The position numbers and the translations under genes are program-made. Positions 33,485 to 46,322 of a DNA stretch of 64,000 bases are shown piece after piece. This DNA comes from the human T2T-CHM13v2.0 reference genome, Homo sapiens. Position 1 is the stretch's first letter; each line of letters begins with the position of its first letter. The DNA lies in the NCBI RefSeq assembly GCF_009914755.1, contig NC_060936.1; one strand, given 5' to 3'. Under the pieces are notes generated by a model. That model did not search any database, was not told where the DNA came from, and saw only the letters and a program-made list of their open reading frames with translations.

Positions 33485-34618
33485 CCTTGGACAAGGAATC
33501 ATTTTTACTTTCAAGTCTTATTATTTTAGAAATACATTTTATTAGGCTATAGCTGCCATCGGTAGTGATTCCTCTGATAGATCTGGGCAAAGTAAGTTGA
33601 AAATCTTCTGGAAAAGATTCGCCATTTTAGATGCCATTAAGTATATTCTTGATTCCTGGGAAGAGGTCAAAATAGCAACATGAACACAAAGTTGGAAAAA
33701 GTTCATTCCAACCCTTATGGATGATTTTGAGGGCTTCAAGTCTTCAGCAAAGAAAAGAACTGCAGATGTGGTGAAATAGCAAGAGAACTAGAATTAGAAG
33801 TAGAGCCTGGAGATGTGACTGAACTGCTGAAATTTCATGATCAAACTTTAACAGATGAGGAGTTGCTTCATATGGATGAGCAAAGAAAGTGGTTTCTTGA
33901 TATGGAATCTACTCCTTGTGAAGACACTGAACATCGCTGAAATCACAACAAAAGATTTAGATTACATAAACTTAGTTGATAAAGCAGTGGCAGGCTTTGA
34001 GAGGACTGACTCAGATTTTGAAAGAAGTTCTACTGTAGGCAAAATGTTATGAAACAGCATCACATGCTACAGAGAAATCTTTTGTTAAAGGAAAAGTCAA
34101 TTGATGAGGCAAACTTCATTATTGTCTTATTTTAAGAAGTTACCACAGTCACCCCCATCTTCAGCAATCACCACCCTGATCAGTCAACAGCCATCAACAT
34201 TGATGCAAGACCTTCCACAACCAAAAAGATTACAATTCACTGAAGGCTCAGATGATTGCGAGCATTTTTAGCAATGAAGTATTTTAAATTAACAGTTTAC
34301 TTTTTTAGATATAATACTATTGCACGCTTAATAGACTAGTGTAGTCTACTACACTATACTGTTAATAGTAATGCTAATAAGTTCATAATGCTATTGCACA
34401 CTTAATAGACTAGAGTTGTAAGTGTGCATAATGCTATTGCACACCTACTAAACCAGTGTTAACTAGTCTATTACACTATACTATTAATAGGCAAGTGTAA
34501 ACATAAGTTTTGTATGCACTGGGAAAACTCAAAAACTTTGTGTGACTCACTTTATTGTGATATTCGCTTTATTACAATGGTCTGGAACCAACCCCATGAT
34601 ATCTCCAAGTTATGCCTG
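33485..34618 (+). mobile_element. Tigger1 (TcMar-pogo) 3' half
   Basis: Transposase remnant ...[29 protein letters not shown] and right end gatatctccaagttatgcctg. Confidence 0.9.
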
Positions 34619-35319
34619 TCTAGCAGTTATCACAATTTGTATTTATTGTATTTGTGTGCTAGCTATAGTGCTTAGCTATTTCTTGTGTACTATCTGCCTG
34701 CAAGTTTCATGAGCTTGGAGAACAATTTGTATTCCCAGGAACAAGCACAAGGCCTGGCATACCAAAGAAAAATATGTGTGTTTGTTGAAAGAATGAATAG
34801 GAGCCATTTGCAGATGACTCCCCAGTACATAACCCTAATCTGACTTCTTCTCTGAGCTATCGAATTCACCAAACTGGCTCTGAGGTTTTAATTTGAATTT
34901 CCCACAGATACTCAAACTCAATGTATGGAAAAAGAACTCCCAGTATTGGTTTGGAAGCCAGCATTGCCTCCTCATTTCCTGTTTCAGTGACCGAAAAGAT
35001 CATTCACCTAGTCTTCCAAATCAGAAAAATAAATGTCACTCGAAACCCCATTGTCTTCAGTATCTATATCCCAGTGGTACCAAATCTTGTCGATTCTTCT
35101 CCTAAATGCCCCTCAGCTTTATCCTTGTTGCCTTTCAGCTTCTCAATTTTTATTTCAAAAGCTTCAAATTACTCTTCTTGACTCTATCCTATCTCCTCCA
35201 ATCTATTCCGCAAATTGTTTCCAAACTAATCCTTCCAAAAAACAAAACTGACCCCATCGGTCACCCTTTTAAGATCTCATATGGTCCCTTTCATCTCCCA
35301 TGGGGATTGGAAAGCAATG

Positions 35320-35640
35320 CAGTCTATGTTTACTTTGGCCCATACATTTGTTAAGTAAATTTGAATTTGTTTCCAACATTGAAATTTGGAATATTTTGTG
35401 CATAAACGCATATTTCTAGCTCCACCTAAAAAACCCAAAGTTCTGGTGACACTGGACACAAATTTCCACATAGCAACAAGATGGAGCTGAATACCACCTA
35501 CTTCCACCACCTAGTTCCTGTGGACTGGGACTGTCTGGAGCCGCATTTTATGACACGCCACCCAGCTCGCATTTCATTTGGGCTATATGACTGGATCCAC
35601 TTGCCTGGAGGGAAAGCTGCAAACACCAAAACATGGCATA
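35320..35640. mobile_element. MER102-like hAT-Charlie fragment
   Basis: tttgaatttgtttccaacatt...gttctggtgacactgg...ccacatagcaacaagatggagctga. Confidence 0.5.
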
Positions 35641-35879
35641 TCAAGCCTTCTGCACGTGCTTCTGCCAGGCAGCCTTTTTGGAATCCTGCCCTTCTACACA
35701 GCCCCTCACTTTCCAATACCCATTCCCCTCTGGCCTCACACAGTATACTTTAGTCAGGTCAAAATATTCGCACTTTCCCAATCACACCACAATCTCCAGT
35801 TTTCCTCCAGTTACACATGCTATTCCCTCTATCAGGAATGCCCTCGAGCCGCTTTAAACTCCCCTTCATGCATCCAAGG

Positions 35880-36780
35880 AGAGACAGATCTTGATGGGCC
35901 TACAGGCTCAATTCCTCCCTTTTGGGAAGACTAGCAGAGAGCTGGCTCAGCAGGTGTCTTGACAACCCTCAGCGAAACGGGGGTTCTAGTAGCAGAGCAT
36001 CTAGCAATCCTGCCCTAACAAGAAATGATGGGTAGCTAGATATGGGTATTTACAGTGTGCCTTCCACAGGGATACTTCTTTTACCTGGTGGATGGCCTAA
36101 CGCCTAGTTGTCCAACCCATGACCAGGGGGTTCCTTCCCATGGGAAACTTAGTTATAATAGCAGACACCCTTTTGGGTCTTGTCTGACCCCTGCCTGACC
36201 ATGGCTCAGGCTGAGCCCAACCCTGTGTCTCCCCCATCCACACCCCATCCCTCATCCCAGAGAAAAGCTAGCTGGGGCAGTCCCTCATTCTTCAGATGGA
36301 AGGTGCAAATTTAATACACCACCCCAAAAGGAGACGAGTTGAACGATTTCGCTTACGGATCCTGGGTGAAGAGAACATAGTGAGTCTGGAGGGCAGTTCT
36401 CTTTCTCCAGTTCATGTGAGGCAGGAATGAAGTCAGGCAAAGAGAGTGAGTGAGTGAGTGAGTGAGAGAGAGAGAGAGAGAAAGAGAGAGAGGCAGCATA
36501 TATAAAGGAAATATAAGGGAATAGATTGTGAGTCACTGTGAGTTAATGGGAAAATACCTAAATGGGCCATTTAAATGGCAGGAAAGTTGGGAGCTCCATC
36601 TGCTAGGCAAGAGAGATACCTCAAATTTCTTATCTCTGGCCACCCTTCTGGAGCCATGTGTGTTTGGTGTAAACTGGAAATGGTGTCAAGGGTGACAGAC
36701 CCCTGCTTCTGATATGATAAAGTTAAATTAATATTCAAAATGGATGCAACGACAACATAAAATTATAAGAAGTCTCTATA
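35880..36780 (-). mobile_element. MER54-like ERVL solo LTR containing a (GAGT)n/(GA)n repeat
   Basis: The reverse complement of the right end reads ...cttataattttatgttg...catccattttgaatatt...ccagaagcagggg...cacccttgacacc, typical of MER54-class LTRs. Confidence 0.65.
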
Positions 36781-38409
36781 GCAAGTCAGAGTTAGCTCAA
36801 AACAAATGGAACAAATGGGATGACACCAACAGCTAGGCTTTGGAGTTTCCCCCTTTCTAACAATGTCATTTCCCCACTCATTGTTATATAGTCACAGGTA
36901 TATCCTTCATTTCTCTGATCCTATAAATATGTAGAGAGTTACATATCCTGTAAATATGTAGGGCCCCTTTCAACTAAAACATTGACAATTGTGTACCCAG
37001 CCTAAAATTGGCTTAAGCTGTAGAACTATGAGAAAGTAGGGGATTGCATTGCTCTATTAATTTTCTGCTTGTAACTCTTCCCCCAATATACCCTTTAAAC
37101 ATCTGCTCCATGCAGTGCTAGAGTGTATGTCATGCCTTCAATTTCCTGTCTAAGCCTTCCTTGGTTTATAGAGCCTTTCCTGACTTCCCCAGCAAGACTC
37201 AGATCTTTGTTCCTCCCCCAACTTCAGCACCTTGCTCATTCCCTTAGAGTTAGCCCAACACATAAAGGATTTATCAAATCTATTATAATTCCTCCTGTGA
37301 GTTTATATTTTATTCATCTTTCTAACACCACACCAGGTACAAAGTAAAAGCTCAATAAATGTTCACATGAATTAGCTGAATAATATCAATGGGGTCATTC
37401 AGGTAGCTTCTTATGGTAGTTATTCATGAGACAAAGCAGTACATCTTCCCATCTAATTCAATAAGATCTGAAATAAATAACATTAAGTTTCATTTTTCTG
37501 CCTTCCTTAGAATATTTTTTTGTATTATTTTTTTATATAACAATTTTATGGAATGGTTTTGAAAACTAATTTCAATAAGATGTCCATAAGGTGCTTACCA
37601 TAGTGCTTAGCAACATGTGAGTATTCGGGAAAAGGTCAGTGTACAAGGGAAGCATCATTTGCCATGGTTGAAAACAAAGGTTTTGGAATTAAACAAGATT
37701 TCAATCCTGTAGCCAAAATAGCATGTCACACAGCATAGGTACTGAATAAGTATCTGTTGAATGAATGAATAAATTCATAAGTGAATGAGAAATCCTGGCC
37801 CTGCCCATTATTCCTAGGTTGTCTCCAAGCCCTTGAAATTGCAGCTCTCTCCACCTAAAACAATCTTCCCCAGATATTTGCCTAGTTCTGTCACTTCTCT
37901 AGGTCTCTGTTCAAATGTTCTCTTATTGAGAGGCCTTCTCTGAAGTACCCAGATGAAAGGGAACCCTGGCACTTTCTTTTCCCCTTATCCTACCTTCCCT
38001 CTTCAATATATGATCATCTGTAATGCTACACAGTTAGTTGTCTTTTGGCTGCAACATTAGCTCAAGAGAGCAGAAATTTGCTTTGTTTGCTTCTGCACAT
38101 TCACCCAGAAAAATGTCTGGGTGAATGAATCTTGAAGAATCTTGGCCTATTGCCTCTTCCTCATTTGTAAAATAATGGGGTAGAAATGATACGCTAATGC
38201 CTTCCTAGATGAAACCTTATATGATCCCTTTCTCCCAATTTTTTGCCCACTGTATACACTAATAAACCTCCTTCTTTGATAAATACCTTCAAATTCTGTG
38301 CTGCCAGGTAAAATTGGTCATGCTGAAAACCTTTTTTTTTGTCCACGGTTGTTTGGCACTGTCTAGATGGCAGCTAAGTGGTAATGAATCTGTATTTCTA
38401 TAAAATTTA

Positions 38410-38655
38410 GAATGTTATAGTTGTGATGGATCCAAAAGCTCGCCTGGATCAACTGACTCATTTTACAGATACGAACTTTTAAGACCAGAGGGGCCAAGTG
38501 ATTTAGTCAAGATTCCTCAAAGTTAGTGCCAGACCCTCCAGATTGGAGGGTCCTAATCAGCACCTATTACAGTAAGCCATGGTTCTACTGTAATTAAAAG
38601 GTGGGCACCAGGATTCAAATACCTTCTAACCCTGAGTCCATTCCTTTTTCTACCA
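38410..38655. mobile_element. MIR SINE
   Basis: Core ctcattttacagatacgaac...gaccagaggggccaagtgatttagtcaagatt. Confidence 0.7.
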
Positions 38656-39216
38656 TAAAGCCCTGCTCCTCCAGTCCTGCTAAGAGCCATGCGCATTAAA
38701 CTTACCCAGTGGAAACACAGTTATATTCTTCCAGCAGCCAAATCTCTTCTGACAAGCTAAGGTGGAATTAGCGACAAGAAGGCAGAGCTTGAACTCATTA
38801 AGGGTCTGAGCTCTTCAGAAGCAATACTCTATCCCTTGTCATCTGTTCTGCAGAATTTGCTCCTGTGGTTTCATGGGGCACATAATTCTTGGCAAATCAA
38901 ATTCCTTGAACCTCCTAAGGCTGCTGGACAGGAGCTTCAAGAATTATGAGTTTTCAGAGTCTGAAGATAGCTATTCAATTTAACCAACTGTAGCAACTGA
39001 TTTAATTAAGTAGTCACTCTGGTTTAAGGCTCTGCACTTCTTCAGATGCTATTTAACGATTCTGTCTTCCGCTTGAATTTGACTCCAAATCCACCCTAAT
39101 ATCCATAGGCAGTTAGAATTAATCAGTGCTTCCCACTCAAACCCACTCCAAGTCCAAAAAAAAAAAAAGAATGATTAATTTGTCTAGCTGCAGTCACCAA
39201 CGTTGTAGAGGACATC

Positions 39217-39233
39217 ACTGCCCCCTGGTGGAA
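39217..39233 (-). promoter_or_regulatory. Candidate CTCF binding site
   Basis: Minus strand TTCCACCAGGGGGCAGT matches the CTCF core consensus CCASYAGRKGGCRS and lies in non-repetitive DNA. Confidence 0.65.
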
Positions 39234-42029
39234 ATACTAAAAACTGTTCTGGGACTGTTCCCAGAAAGATCAAAATCTTCAGAATGTTCCTCAGTTTATA
39301 CAGAAAAAACTAACTTGTTAGTAATCTGCACATTGAAAGGTCATGACGTCCCAGTGACCATGTTATTATCCTACTCTCTTTTCCCCTCCTTAATTTCTCA
39401 ATTCGTAGCTCAAGTTGCTTCAGGCATCTACAACGCATCATCAGATGGTCTCCCAGTGACACTGGAATACGAAATTTCCTCAGTGGATGTGCATTACCAA
39501 AACACCAGTGACCACTTCAGGACAAATCAAAAGGTTGTCTTCATGTAGCATAACGTTGTCTAAATTTAGGAGAGCTTTAGTTCATGCAGCTACTGAAAAA
39601 TCTGGCTTCTGTGCATACTTGGCAAATTTGCAAATCACCTCTTAATTCTTCCCCAGTTTTTTTTTTTTTTTTTTTTTTGTGGGTGGAGGAGGATTTCCCC
39701 AAATTTAGGGAAAAAAAAGCCTAGGTTTTTTTTTTTCTGTTGAAAAAATGGAATGAATGAGGTGAGTGAGCCTCAGGGCCTTTTATTTTCCCCTGCCAGT
39801 GTAAGACAGAGAAAACAGTGTAGGAGCTGCTGTCATAAAAAAAAGCCTTCCCCAATGACTCCTGTTTACTCTTTGGAACTCCAAGAGTTTATTTTCTAAA
39901 CCATGGATGCTAATCCTGGATGCTCATCAAGATCATCTGAAAAGTTTGCCATTTTGTTCTTACTGCTATTGTGTTATATTATTGTTTGATACAGATTCAT
40001 AATTACTGAATTGTTATTTCAGAGAATGGGGAACCAAATTGTTTTCATGAATGAATGAAGTCTCTAAGTAAACCCTAATCTTCTTAGAACAATATTTCCT
40101 TCATAACTGACTTTATACAAATTAATTCTTTTCTCTTTCCCAATTGCCACCACTTTCATTCATACACCAGCATCATCCATGAGCTATTGCAATGGGCATA
40201 ATATATTATGGCACACAGGAGATTGTCTTCCCATCCATCCTCAACACCACTTTCAGAATCATATTTTTAGACACCAGATAGATCCTATTATTTCCCTAAA
40301 TAAAAGCTTTCAGTGGCTCTTCATTAAACATAAGATAAAATTCATATTCCTTAGCATGACATACAAAAGCTATGTTTCAATACCTACAACTAATATATCA
40401 ATCAAAAAACGTTTTTTAAGTCTATGCTTCGGCCATGACCAAAAACTTATAGTTCCCCCAAATATGCCATACCATTTCAAGCCTCTTAACCTTTGCCTAA
40501 AGCCCTGCTTAGACTGCTTTTTCCCCATGTCTACCCATTTCTACCCATTTCTGCAGGACATTTATTTTTCCAGACTCGCAATTTCCCTCTTTTTAAAGCA
40601 CTTTCCTAACCTCTTTCTTCTTCCCATGTAGAACTGACCATAGTACTTATAACACTTGACTGTACTCGCTAGTCCACCTCCCTCTGATAATTAGAATGGC
40701 CATAAGGGTGAGAGAATTATGCCTGAATGATTTTTGTATCTAGAAAAAATTACTGTTGAATGAATGAGTGAAGGAATGAATAAAAATGCCCAACACATAC
40801 GCAAGTGCATATTTGACTCAGTTTACATTTCTCCATTGCCAAACTGATGGGAAAAAAAGTGTAAACTCATATGATTGAGCAGACATGATTAAAAACTTAG
40901 CACCCAAGAGCCCTTCCTCAGGCAGAAGGTGAAATGAGTAGCTTCATCTGACAGGTCACAATAGCCCCACCCACAGCTGGGAGAAATCAGCTCACATTGA
41001 AGGAGCTAGGTCCTGGGGTAGCCACTGCCCCTTTCCCCTGGATTCTGTAAGAGCTTGATTCGCCCGTACTATAATGTATATTTAATTATATTACTTAATA
41101 AATCGTCAGCATTTACTTTACTTGAATCATGATTTTACTTGCATGAGTACATCAACTTGATATGTAAGCCTATACTTCTCTAATACGAAATAGTTAAGAA
41201 TCAAAAAAAAAGTTTTTGAGCACTCAATTTAATATAAAACATTAATAATAAATAAACATTGCCCTTCCAGGTTTTTAAACCCATGGAAACATAATGCATC
41301 TATATTAACGTGAAACTTCATGCATGTATAATCATTATTAAATAAGTAGATTCAGTTTTCATCCTTTAGACAGTCTTTAGCAGTGTAGTATATGACAATA
41401 AATGAAAAGTGTATCAATCAAAGTTTCATAGTCCTCTCTCTGCATAAAGAAATATGAGGGAGGAAAATGAAAACTAAATAGATTGGCAGGCAGAAAATGC
41501 TGATACTGTCCTTCATCCACATTTGGAATAGTTCTCTGGTCTCTCTCTTCCTAAAATAACCTATGCAGTGAGTCAAATAATTTCTTTCTTCTTTGGTAAA
41601 ACTAGACCTAAATTTCAGTTTACAAAGAAAGAAAAGTGAAAATAGGGAAGGAAGGAAAGAAAGATGCCCAACTGCCTGACTTTGAATTAATTGCAATCCT
41701 TTTAATAAAAAATAAATAAATAAATAATATTAAAAAAGCTGTTCCATCTTGACCACATCCTCTGTCAATCTGCAGAACTACCCAGTGAAGTAGGGTTGTT
41801 CATACAGCTACGGAGCTGAGACTCTAGGCCTCTACAGATCCATTGACTAATTGCCCTAAGGGCTCAGGTCAGACCTAATTTCCCCTAATTCCAGTGCTTT
41901 CCTCATTTCAAAAAAGCAATGTTTTATCTCTCATCTTTTTCGGTTAGTTTCTAGAGAATATTCTCAATTCCGACTTTATAATTGAGGAGATAATTGGAGG
42001 AGATAATTTAAGATTACCACTGCTTACAA

Positions 42030-42542
42030 CTGTGCTGTCCAAGACAGTAGCCTCTAGCCATGTGTGGCTGCTGAGCACTTGAAATGTGGTTAGTGCAACT
42101 GAGGAATTTAGTTTCAGATTTTTTTAAATTTTAATTAAACTAAATTTAAGCTGTAACACAAACTCAGTTCCACCAATGGAAAACTTTTAAGTATGTTTGG
42201 ATCAACTTGTGCATATGAATTTTTCCACTCTAAATTTTATGAACTCTAAATTCATTTAAAAATATATCTAATGAAAAGCTAACATCTGAATTGAGATGAG
42301 ATATGCTGTCAGTATAAATACATGCTAGATTTAGAAGGCTTAGTACAAAAAAGAATGCAAAAAATCTCATGGATAATTTCTATGTTGATTACATGCTGAA
42401 ATAATATTTTGGAAACATTGTGTTAAGTAAAATGTATTAAAATTGATTTTACCTATTTCGTTTTACCTTTTTCAATGTAGCTACTCAAAAATTTTTAATT
42501 TTTTATGTGACTCATATCATATTACTATTAGACAGTATTGGC
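42030..42542. mobile_element. Charlie1-derived (MER3/MER33-ended) hAT element
   Basis: ctgtgctgtccaagacagtagcctctagccatgtgtggctgctgagcacttgaaatgtgg ... tattagacagtattg; ~510 bp. Confidence 0.75.
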
Positions 42543-45500
42543 TTAGAAGAAATCTCTATCAGTGAATGAGTTGAACCAGATCTCTCTCTCTTCACCTCCC
42601 TCCCTACCTGACCCCACCTAGCAAGTAACAGCCTAGGAGAGCTGGCCATTCAAGGATCTATCTGACTTCCATAATCAGCCTGTTTAGCTTTCTCATGCCT
42701 CAGTTTCCTCATTAGCATCAGATTTTCTTGAGGCATATTTACATATACAGTTAAGGTAATTATCTAAGTATCAGAGCTACAAGAGGAAAGGAAATAAGAT
42801 GTCTAAATTAAAACAGCCAGCTCTGATAAAGGAAAAAAATAATAGGGTTTCAAAATTCAAAACCTAAAGGTATCTCTTGCTATATTTCCCCACAGATACA
42901 ATAATGCAATGGCTACATCAGTTTTAGCAGCAGGACAAAACAGGTATTCTCAGATGTTAACATGAATAAGGTGTTTTCTGAAAGATTTTATGCAAAAAAC
43001 CATATATATATATATGAGACTATAAAACCCTAAATTAATATGAGTTTAGCTTACATACAGAGGTGCCATTTTATCACTCTAGTAATCTTATGTCATAACC
43101 TTTGTTAAATAGCAAAATACTGGCATTCTTTATTTCCTTCAAAAACAAAAAGACTACAAAATAGGCATAATTGGTTGATGTCCCTATGGGTCTAATGGGT
43201 CTATTTTGGTTCCAATAAGAAGAAAAAATTGATAGGAATATATGTTTTCCTTTTAGTGCTGGCCAACTCTCAAAAGTACTGAATTTTACAAATGAATGTC
43301 AAGTACATTGTTTAAGCAATATTAATCAAATTATATAACTGATAATTCCTGGCATGTTGACATTTTGATGATTTCATAAATCAAGATTTTATTGCTTTAG
43401 ATTCCAAATAGGTCCCTGTTGTGTAAGATGAGATTGTAAAGTAACAACCTGTTTTTAAATTGTGGTTTAGTGAGAGTATTCTCACTTATGCAAAATGGTA
43501 CAGATATTGCATCATTTTGTGCTCATATCCTTATTGGTCTGACTTACAGTAGGAAATCCAGGAAGAAAAGGTGGTATCAGTTCAGCACCCATGGGTATGG
43601 AGATGACTTGCGCCTGGTTTTCTAAGGCCCTAAGCCAGAGAGCTGTGGTTCCTCATTTCCCCAGATACATCACCAGCAATTTCTCTGTTGAGGTTTCTTC
43701 TCCCAGTTGGTCTGATCACCTGTCCTTGGCTCAAATCACAGTATCCTAAGAGAGTTAGGGTTAAATAATGTTTGACCTTGATCCACTGTAAGATATATAT
43801 TTTACATATCAATTCTACCCAGATACAGATACACGTACATAAAGCACATGCTTCACCCCTGCCTCAAAAAAATTACCCTTAATCAGAAAGATGCTGTTTG
43901 ATATTTTCTATACTATTATATAATATCAAATGTTCTACTATATATAGAGAAATAGGGGCTTCTGGCTTTCAATACAGCATGTCAGGAGAAAATGAACAGC
44001 TCTTCTTAGATCTGTCAGAGAAATGAGGTCGCAGGACAAACTGATGCCTCCAAAACTGGAGAAACAACAGGAGAATACAGAGAATTACAACTTACTAAAG
44101 CAGAAACTCACGGGCAGAAACCTCCTTGAGAACCAGTGGTAAAGTAGAAAAACCAAAGCCGTAATTGGTGAATATCTGGAGGCTAGGTGTGGACAAGTCA
44201 GAGAGCTAAGAACTCCAAGAGGGCCCAGTCTCAGGGACTCATACTTTTGTGAATTTTACCTCCCAGAGCTCTACCAGGTTCTCGCAGTAAGACCAGAGAA
44301 AGATCTCAGGCTTCCAACAGTGGGAGAAGAAAAGCAGCCATTTTGAAACACTCCAGAGCATTCTATTCTTCTTAACAAGGCTTGCCCTCAAGAGATACCA
44401 GAGCCTATTGAGGTTTTATCAGACTCAACTGACCTTAGGAAAGGGAAATACCCAACTCCCACCCACTGGTGCATTTCATGTGGAGGAAGAGAAATACCCA
44501 ATTCCAGCTTCCTCTGGCCATCCTGTCATGCCTAAGCTGGGCAGCAGGCTCCCTAAAGACTGAGACCTAATCATAGGACTATAGAACACTTCCCTTTCCC
44601 AAACATCTTACTACCACATTAGCAAAGCTGTATTTATTGCAGATCCTTTTACCCACTACAACATGTCCTAAAATTGCAGGGCATACTAAAAGGCAAAAAA
44701 CACAATTTGAAGAAACTACATAAGCATCAGAAAGAGAGCGAGACATGGCAGGCATGCTGGAATTATCAGACAGGGAATTTAAGACAACTATGATTAATAT
44801 GCTAAGAGCACTAATGGAAAAAGTAGATTACATGCAAGAACAGATGGGTAATGTGAACAGAGGTATGTAAATTCTAAGAAGGAATGAAAAAGAAATACCA
44901 GAGATCAAAAACATGATCATAGAAATGAAGAACGTTTTTAATAGGCTCATTAGACAAAGAATCTTTAAGTTTGAGGACATGTCAATAGAAACTTCTAAAA
45001 CTGAAATGCAAAAAGAAAAAAGACTGGAAATCGGCCCACAAAATATCCAAGTACAATGGAACAACTACAAATGGTGTAACATCCATGTAATGGGAATATC
45101 AGAACGAGAAGAGAGAGAGAAATATTTGAAACAATAATATCTGAGAATCTTCTCTAAATTAATATCAGACACCCAACCACAGATCCATAAAGCTCAGAGT
45201 ACACCAAGCCAGATAAATCCCAAAACAACACTATACCTAGACATATCATACTCAAACTGAAGAAAATCATAGGTGAAAAAAAAAAGTCTTGAAGAATCCA
45301 AAGGAAAAGAACAGCTTACTTATAGAAAGACAAAAATTAGAATTATACTTAACTTCTCAGAAACCATGCGAGTAAGAACAGTGAAGAGAAATATTTAAAG
45401 TATTGATAGAATAACTACCAAGCTTATATTCTATATGCTCCAAGAGGGTCCTTCAAAAATGAAAGAGAAATACTTTCTCCAACAAAAATTGAAGGATTTT

Positions 45501-45644
45501 TTTTTGCCAGTAGACTTGCCTTGAGAGCAATGCTAAAAGTTCTTCAGAGAAAAGGAAAATAAACTAAGTTAGAAACTTGGATTTACATAAAGGAAGATCA
45601 TTAGAGAAGGAATAAGTGAACGTAAAATAAAAACTCTTATTTTT

Positions 45645-45964
45645 GTCCGAGCATGGTGGCTCACACCTGTAATCCCAGAACTTTGGGAGGCCAAGGTGGT
45701 CAGATCACAAGGTCAAGATATCAGGACCATCCTGGCCAACAAAGTGAAACCCTGTCTCTACTAAAAATACAAAAATTAGCTGGGTATGGTGGTGCACACC
45801 TGTAGTCCCAGCTACTCAGGAAGCTGAGGCAAGAAAATCACTGGAAGCTGAGGCAAGAAAATCACTTGAACCTGGGAGGTGGGGATTGCAGTGAGCCAAG
45901 ATTGTGCCACTGAACTCCAGCCTGGGCGACAGAGTGAGACTCCATCTCAAAAAAAAAAAAAAAA
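45645..45964 (+). mobile_element. AluSc with internal 24-nt tandem duplication
   Basis: Sc diagnostics (gatcacaaggtcaaga...accatcctggccaac); ggaagctgaggcaagaaaatcact occurs twice at 45819-45866. Confidence 0.9.
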
Positions 45965-46041
45965 CCTTTTTTTTTTTATGGTTAATTCATTTAACAGATA
46001 ATAGTTTGTTCAAAATAATAGTAACAAAGACATATTGATGA

Positions 46042-46322
46042 GGCTGGGCATGGTGGCTGACGCCTATAATCCTAGCACTTTGAGAGTCAAAGGTGGATGG
46101 ATCACTTGAGGCCAGGAGTTCAAGACCAGCCTGGCCAAAATGACGAAATTCAATCTCTACAAAAAATTAGCCTGGCACAGTGGTTCACACCTGTAATCCC
46201 AGCTACTCAAGAGGCTGAGGCATAAGAATCACTTGAGCCTGTGAGGTTGCAGTTAGCCAAGATCGTGCCACTGCACTCCAGCCTGGGCAACAGAGCAAGA
46301 CCTTGCCTCAAAAAAAAGAAAA
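46042..46322 (+). mobile_element. Alu (old S/J-type)
   Basis: Dimer with gatcacttgaggccaggagttcaagacc and an A tail. Confidence 0.9.

Noticed and set aside
34311-34500. Spaced direct repeats superficially like a CRISPR array
   Set aside because: The context is a eukaryotic Tigger1, the spacing is irregular, the spacers are rearranged copies of the repeat, and there are no cas genes.
38532-38552. Perfect 9-bp hairpin gaccctcca-gat-tggagggtc
   Set aside because: It is short, lies within a MIR, and is expected occasionally by chance; no other support.
39126-40631. 140-aa and 150-aa ORFs
   Set aside because: The first starts at a non-ATG codon and crosses a poly-A run; the second overlaps L2-like sequence. 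Neither shows a domain signature.
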